Shown: piece after piece, positions 61,492 to 64,000 of the stretch | How the letters are laid out: every line of letters begins with the position of its first letter | How positions within the stretch are numbered: position 1 is the first letter of the stretch | Origin: Candidatus Poribacteria bacterium | Lineage (GTDB): Bacteria > Poribacteria > WGA-4E > WGA-3G | NCBI GenBank assembly: GCA_965205025.1 | Contig: CBDBFU010000007.1 | Span: 64,001 to 128,000 of the forward strand | Reading direction: 5' to 3' | DNA length: 64,000 nt | Translations under genes and position numbers: made by a program | The notes under the pieces: generated by a model | What the model was told of the DNA's origin: nothing | Seen by the model: only the letters and a program-made list of their open reading frames with translations | The model's database searches: none

Positions 61492-62096
61492 CTATTTATC
61501 GTCTTGTTGAGGATTCTGATCTGCTGATGAATCAGAATGTGTCTCATTTTGTGGCTTATATATTAGTCTCAGTATTATAAGTATATAACAAATTGCAGTT
61601 AGAAAAGCACCATATTGAGTATTGTCGATTTCTTGTTGTGAGTCCAAAAGATATCCACTGCTAAATGCCAGTATTAGAAAGCAAGACCAACAAAGCTACA
61701 TGTTAGTAATATTCGTTTCACTAAAGATTCATGGTGTATATGGTGAGTCAATAAGTAGACAGAACTAACTATAATAACTATAGTAGAAACAAAGGAAATG
61801 GTGATAAAGTTTATTCTCTCATCTATTAGATTTATTATGGATGCTACACCTAACAGTGGTCCAAGACCACACAAGAGTAGTCCCAATGTGATTGAACGAG
61901 GATTCACAGGGGTGGTTTTTAACGATAATATACCAAGACCCAGTATAAATATTGATCCTATCAGAACCAATGTAGTTAGCCATCCTGAGCCATTCGCTAA
62001 TACTATCCCTGAAAAATTGTGTTTCCATGGTAATGCAAAAGAAAAGAATGCTAATAATCCTATCCCTAAGACGAAGAAGCGTGAGTACTGTTTCAT
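61492..62096 (-). CDS. Multi-TM membrane protein (frameshift at about 61683), paralog of its neighbour
   Basis: GGAG RBS, FALPW motif; adding one base extends the frame to ...QYGAFLTAICYILII...HSDSS, matching the C-terminus of 62104-62643. Confidence 0.65.
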
Positions 62097-62103
62097 ATTT
62101 CTC

Positions 62104-62643
62104 CTAAGAATCCGAATCTGAATTTGAAGGTATCTCTTTAGGTATATTAGACACCCCGATATAGACAAGAATAAAACCAAGAAGCGTACCAAAAGCACCG
62201 ACTTTATAACGGAAGAGATTATCAAATTCTATTTGCTGTGAAGCAGTATATTGCTGAGTGGCATATTGTGTTCCGGCATATATTGTGATGAATTTCCTCG
62301 TTTCTGGGTTCAACAAAGGGTTTAATTGTATAATCGTATAAAGTGTACAAAAGAATCCTGCAACTGTAAAAATCAGAAGTATAGTTCTAAATTTCCATGG
62401 TGTTGTGAGTGTTAACCGATAGATACATAAACCGAAAATGAATAGTGTACTTATTAAGGCAAGAGTAGTGATATTCATGTCATTTGTTGCAATATAGAAA
62501 CCTGAAAGACTTGTAATCCCATTTAATACGCCTGTGGAATAAGTGGCTATTTCAGGTGAGATAAACTTAATCCATGGCAAAAAGAAGCAAAGAAAGCCAA
62601 GTCCAGCCCCTACCATTGTTATGTATAATGAATAGCGTTTCAT
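62104..62643 (-). CDS. Multi-TM membrane protein
   Basis: CFFLPW...SG...GAF pattern; four hydrophobic segments. Confidence 0.75.
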   Translation of the reverse strand: MKRYSLYITMVGAGLGFLCFFLPWIKFISPEIATYSTGVLNGITSLSGFYIATNDMNITTLALISTLFIFGLCIYRLTLTTPWKFRTILLIFTVAGFFCTLYTIIQLNPLLNPETRKFITIYAGTQYATQQYTASQQIEFDNLFRYKVGAFGTLLGFILVYIGVSNIPKEIPSNSDSDS

Positions 62644-62835
62644 AACTACTTCCGGTGTAATAACATATTGATATAATAACCTAATTAATAAAAGGTCTTC
62701 AAACCGATTCTGTTTAAAGACCTTATTTATATCTCTGTCAGGACTTACGTTATTTTATAATACGATAATTAATGGATGTCTTGTTAGAGGTGGTCTAATC
62801 ATTAGTATATCACATTGAACTTAGTCAGCATCTTG

Positions 62836-63186
62836 TCAGGTGTCTCCTAACAAAGCAGTAATAGCATCATCTTGGCATTTATAACATTCAATAACCGTAG
62901 ATAATTGCGTCATAACAGTAAGGTTGCTGATGTTCTTGTTCATATTAATCACTGCCATTTTCCCTCCATGTGGCAGGATTTGGGTAAATATCTTCATGAG
63001 TGTACCGAGTCCAGCACAATCTATTCGAGTAATTTCTTTAAAGTCAAACACAAGCTTTGGATATGAGGTGTGATCACAGAGAGTTTGCTCCACAGTTTCT
63101 AAAACCTTTCCGATATATGGGGAGATAAATTTTCCCTTCATCCCAAAAATAACGATTTCTTTTTTCTTAGATACCGTGATTATCAT
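62836..63186 (-). CDS. STAS-domain protein
   Basis: FDFKEITRIDCAGLG; paralog of 38530-38880. Confidence 0.85.
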   Translation of the reverse strand: MIITVSKKKEIVIFGMKGKFISPYIGKVLETVEQTLCDHTSYPKLVFDFKEITRIDCAGLGTLMKIFTQILPHGGKMAVINMNKNISNLTVMTQLSTVIECYKCQDDAITALLGDT

Positions 63187-63299
63187 ATTGTAAGTGCCCT
63201 AACACTCAAGCGAAGAATATCAAGAAATCTTCTTGAGTGAGAATGTATATCAAATAGAGAATCCCAATTTACGAGAATCATTTCAACAATATGTCAATG

Positions 63300-64000
63300 C
63301 TATAGTGATTTGAGGAAGGCGATAACAGCCTGCTGATTGGGTTCGGACAAATTGAAAAACGCTTCTTTTGCGTTTTGTGCTTCACCACCGTGTGCTCGGA
63401 TTGCGCCTTCAAGTGTCGTGGCGCGACCGTCATGGAGGAAAAACTGTGTCCCATCAAGGAATTCCGCGATCAAGCGTGTTCCCCAGAGCGGAGCTGTTCG
63501 CCATTCTCTCCCCGTCGCGTCACCATCAGGTCGATTATCCGCCAATTCCTCCCCCATATCATGTAAGAGAAAATCAGAATATACGTTGGCATTGACTCGG
63601 TTCAAGGCATCAATCGGAGAAGGACCCGTCATCAGTGTCGGGACGTGGCAAGAGGCACATCCGATTTCGTTGAAAAACTTATCGCCTTTTTTGACTTTTT
63701 GAGTTATTTCACCACGCGGTGGTGGCGAAAGCAATCGCATGAAAATTACGATATCCATGACTGTTGACCTTTCCACCTCTGGATCAGGAACAGTGTCACC
63801 AACGTCGGAGGGTTCCTCGTGTAAAAAATTGTTAGTTATCCCCATGTCTTGTTGGAACGCTGTTGCAGTTTGCTGAACCAAAGACGATACGGAAGCCTTC
63901 CGTCCAAATCTACCAAGTTGTTTGCCTTGTCCACCGCCAATCTCAGTAGATGGCACAAATTCGGGAGCGGTTACCCAGTGCGGTCTGCCAGAAATACCAT
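63300..64000 (-). CDS. Di-heme oxidoreductase (DHOR) family protein, 5' truncated by the window
   Basis: GRFGRKA, GCASCH, YSDFLLHDMG, WRTAPLWG, LHDGRA and HGGEA motifs. Confidence 0.9.
   Translation of the reverse strand, partial: GISGRPHWVTAPEFVPSTEIGGGQGKQLGRFGRKASVSSLVQQTATAFQQDMGITNNFLHEEPSDVGDTVPDPEVERSTVMDIVIFMRLLSPPPRGEITQKVKKGDKFFNEIGCASCHVPTLMTGPSPIDALNRVNANVYSDFLLHDMGEELADNRPDGDATGREWRTAPLWGTRLIAEFLDGTQFFLHDGRATTLEGAIRAHGGEAQNAKEAFFNLSEPNQQAVIAFLKSL

Overview
AT-rich (roughly 38% GC by eye) bacterial chromosomal window. The LamG proteins ending in a 'VEP/QPxxKLxTxWGxxK' tail, the sulfatase and the repeat families suggest Candidatus Poribacteria (inference). It is mostly housekeeping and metabolic genes: leuCD, hflX, gdhA, pdxJ, rluB, mnmE-jag-yidC-yidD-rnpA, thrB, ftsY, an EF-G paralog, A2M-pbpC and tRNA-Leu(CAA). 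The main features the ORF track does not show are: (1) a hidden exported thioredoxin-TPR selenoprotein (in-frame UGA in a UxxC motif plus a SECIS-like hairpin) that is split into two ORFs; (2) a GC-richer BlaI/BlaR1(M56) operon whose receptor carries a pilin-like/TPR/TlpA-redoxin module, with a free secreted paralog of that module in the same operon and palindromic operators over the promoter; (3) a two-gene candidate toxin/defence cassette bracketed by hairpin repeats with a box-spacer-box structure; (4) a cytochrome P460 next to a Cyc2-like diheme cytochrome-porin; (5) a MITE with a 5-bp target duplication that interrupts a LamG signal peptide; (6) a CRISPR-like REP array at the left edge; (7) a MarR-ferritin-like fusion with an ECF sigma factor. 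Several homopolymer frameshifts are probably sequencing errors. All family calls come from motif recognition only; no database search was run.
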